In this document: positions 15,435-16,283 of the stretch, piece by piece
Position numbering within the stretch: position 1 is the first letter of the stretch
Layout: every line of letters starts with the position of its first letter
Virus genome (UHGV): UHGV-0153204
Reading direction: 5' to 3' (one strand)
DNA: 16,283 nt
Source of the DNA: a virus
The notes under the pieces: model-generated
What the model was told of the DNA's origin: nothing
Database searches by the model: none
What the model saw: only the letters and a program-made list of their open reading frames with translations
Made by a program: the position numbers and the translations under genes

Positions 15435-15871
15435 ATTAAATGCTTAACCTCAAAATCTGCATCCCAGTGCTTGTTCAGATATTCTATCACAAGACGACGA
15501 TGACAGTGATGGGGTTTGTGCTCACTACATAACAAGCAACCGTCAGAGATTAAGCTCTTATCAATACGTTCAATATTCCTTTTTTCCATAAGATTCAGAA
15601 AGTTATCTTCGTAAACTTCCCACGAAACATTACCTTTTTTATAAGGGTCGAGTATCTCTTTAGTTGGGGCGAGCTCTGGAACATGGGCGTAATCTACCCC
15701 GCACAACTCACGAAGGAAAAATTCGAGGTCCTTCTTTTTAGCAAAACCAGCAAGTTGCGACACGTTATTTAGCCGGACATCAACTAGGGTTTTGATTGGC
15801 TGCGACTTAATCAAGGTAAAAAATTTTTCAGCAGTTTTTTCAGTAAAGCCAATTGAGTATATCTTCAACAT
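15431..15871 (-). CDS. DUF488-like domain protein
   Basis: 146 aa; MLKIYSIGFTEKTAEKFFTLIK...LVDVRLNNVSQLAGFAKK...LLCSEHKPHHCHRRLVIEYL fits the DUF488 family pattern as recalled. Same operon as the DUF4326-like gene. Confidence 0.55.
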   Translation of the reverse strand: MLKIYSIGFTEKTAEKFFTLIKSQPIKTLVDVRLNNVSQLAGFAKKKDLEFFLRELCGVDYAHVPELAPTKEILDPYKKGNVSWEVYEDNFLNLMEKRNIERIDKSLISDGCLLCSEHKPHHCHRRLVIEYLNKHWDADFEVKHLI

Positions 15872-16240
15872 AGTATGTCTGCTATAAGTTTATAATGGAA
15901 ACCACCAAAAGTATCTAAAGCAAGACTAATGGTGATATAAGCATTCTCATGAATATGTGTACCTAATGGTTTGTTTTCATAATAATCTAACCAATAAATA
16001 TCTGTGATTTTTAAATTGTAAGTAGTGCCGTTATATACAAACTCGCCTCTTAGCTTTAATTTATCGCCCCATTTAGATGCATAGATTGTTAGTTCTCCAA
16101 CATAAATAAAATATAAACTTTCATCAATTTCTTGGGCTTCTTGAGGAGTTACTTGATCGTTGATCCCACCACCAGACTCATTATTATTATCCCACAATGA
16201 ATCTGGGGTGTCGCATAATAAAGATAATGCGGCGTCTGTA
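15865..16240 (-). CDS. Hypothetical protein, 5'-truncated (N-terminus lost at contig end; apparent start is adapter-derived)
   Basis: The ORF as called begins MCIRDS..., encoded by the Nextera mosaic-end sequence at 16241..16259, so the real gene is incomplete at its 5' end. Remaining sequence is AT-rich with no recognisable domain. Confidence 0.4.
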
Positions 16241-16283
16241 CTGTCTCTTATACACATCTGACGCTGCCGACGACTTAATAGGT
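16241..16283. other. Illumina Nextera transposase adapter read-through (non-biological)
   Basis: 16241..16273 is CTGTCTCTTATACACATCTGACGCTGCCGACGA, i.e. the Tn5 mosaic end CTGTCTCTTATACACATCT plus Nextera adapter tail. The following CTTAATAG + GT is consistent with an 8-nt index and the start of the flow-cell primer segment. Confidence 0.93.

Noticed and set aside
1-16283. CRISPR arrays, rRNA or tRNA genes, insertion sequences with terminal inverted repeats
   Set aside because: No regularly spaced direct repeats, no rRNA-like conserved stretches, no tRNA cloverleaf candidates, and no transposase-like ORF were seen anywhere in the window.

Overview
The window reads as a compact lambdoid prophage (modular layout like E. 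coli DLP12 / CPS-53-type cryptic prophages), seen in reverse orientation, with flanking DNA and an assembly artifact at the right end. All calls rest on reading the translations and sequence by eye; no searches were run. From left to right: lysis genes on the minus strand (Rz 5' portion, R endolysin, S holin); an AT-rich two-gene cassette on the plus strand in the Q-S gap; then minus-strand Q antiterminator, DUF968-like, KilA-N, RusA, a LexA-N-terminal-domain-only protein, an NPPY Dam-type methyltransferase, a possible PerC-like protein, an O-like replication initiator, a gene with an apparent frame problem, a CII/YdaT-like regulator and a Cro-like protein. The immunity switch follows (divergent operator region and a CI-like HTH + S24 peptidase repressor), then an AT-rich minus-strand gene for a protein with four tandem repeats and a C-terminal BRCT-like domain, bounded by a second operator-like region. 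The short early-left region carries two small overlapping ORFs, a structured non-coding stretch, an HD-domain hydrolase, xis and a lambda-type integrase. Beyond a probable att junction lies an AT-rich minus-strand operon (partial gene, DUF488-like, DUF4326-like), and the last ~43 nt are Illumina Nextera adapter read-through. The two strongest candidates for undescribed accessory or defence functions are the Q-S cassette (zinc ribbon + NdpA/YejK-like protein with a membrane partner) and the repeat-BRCT protein beside cI.
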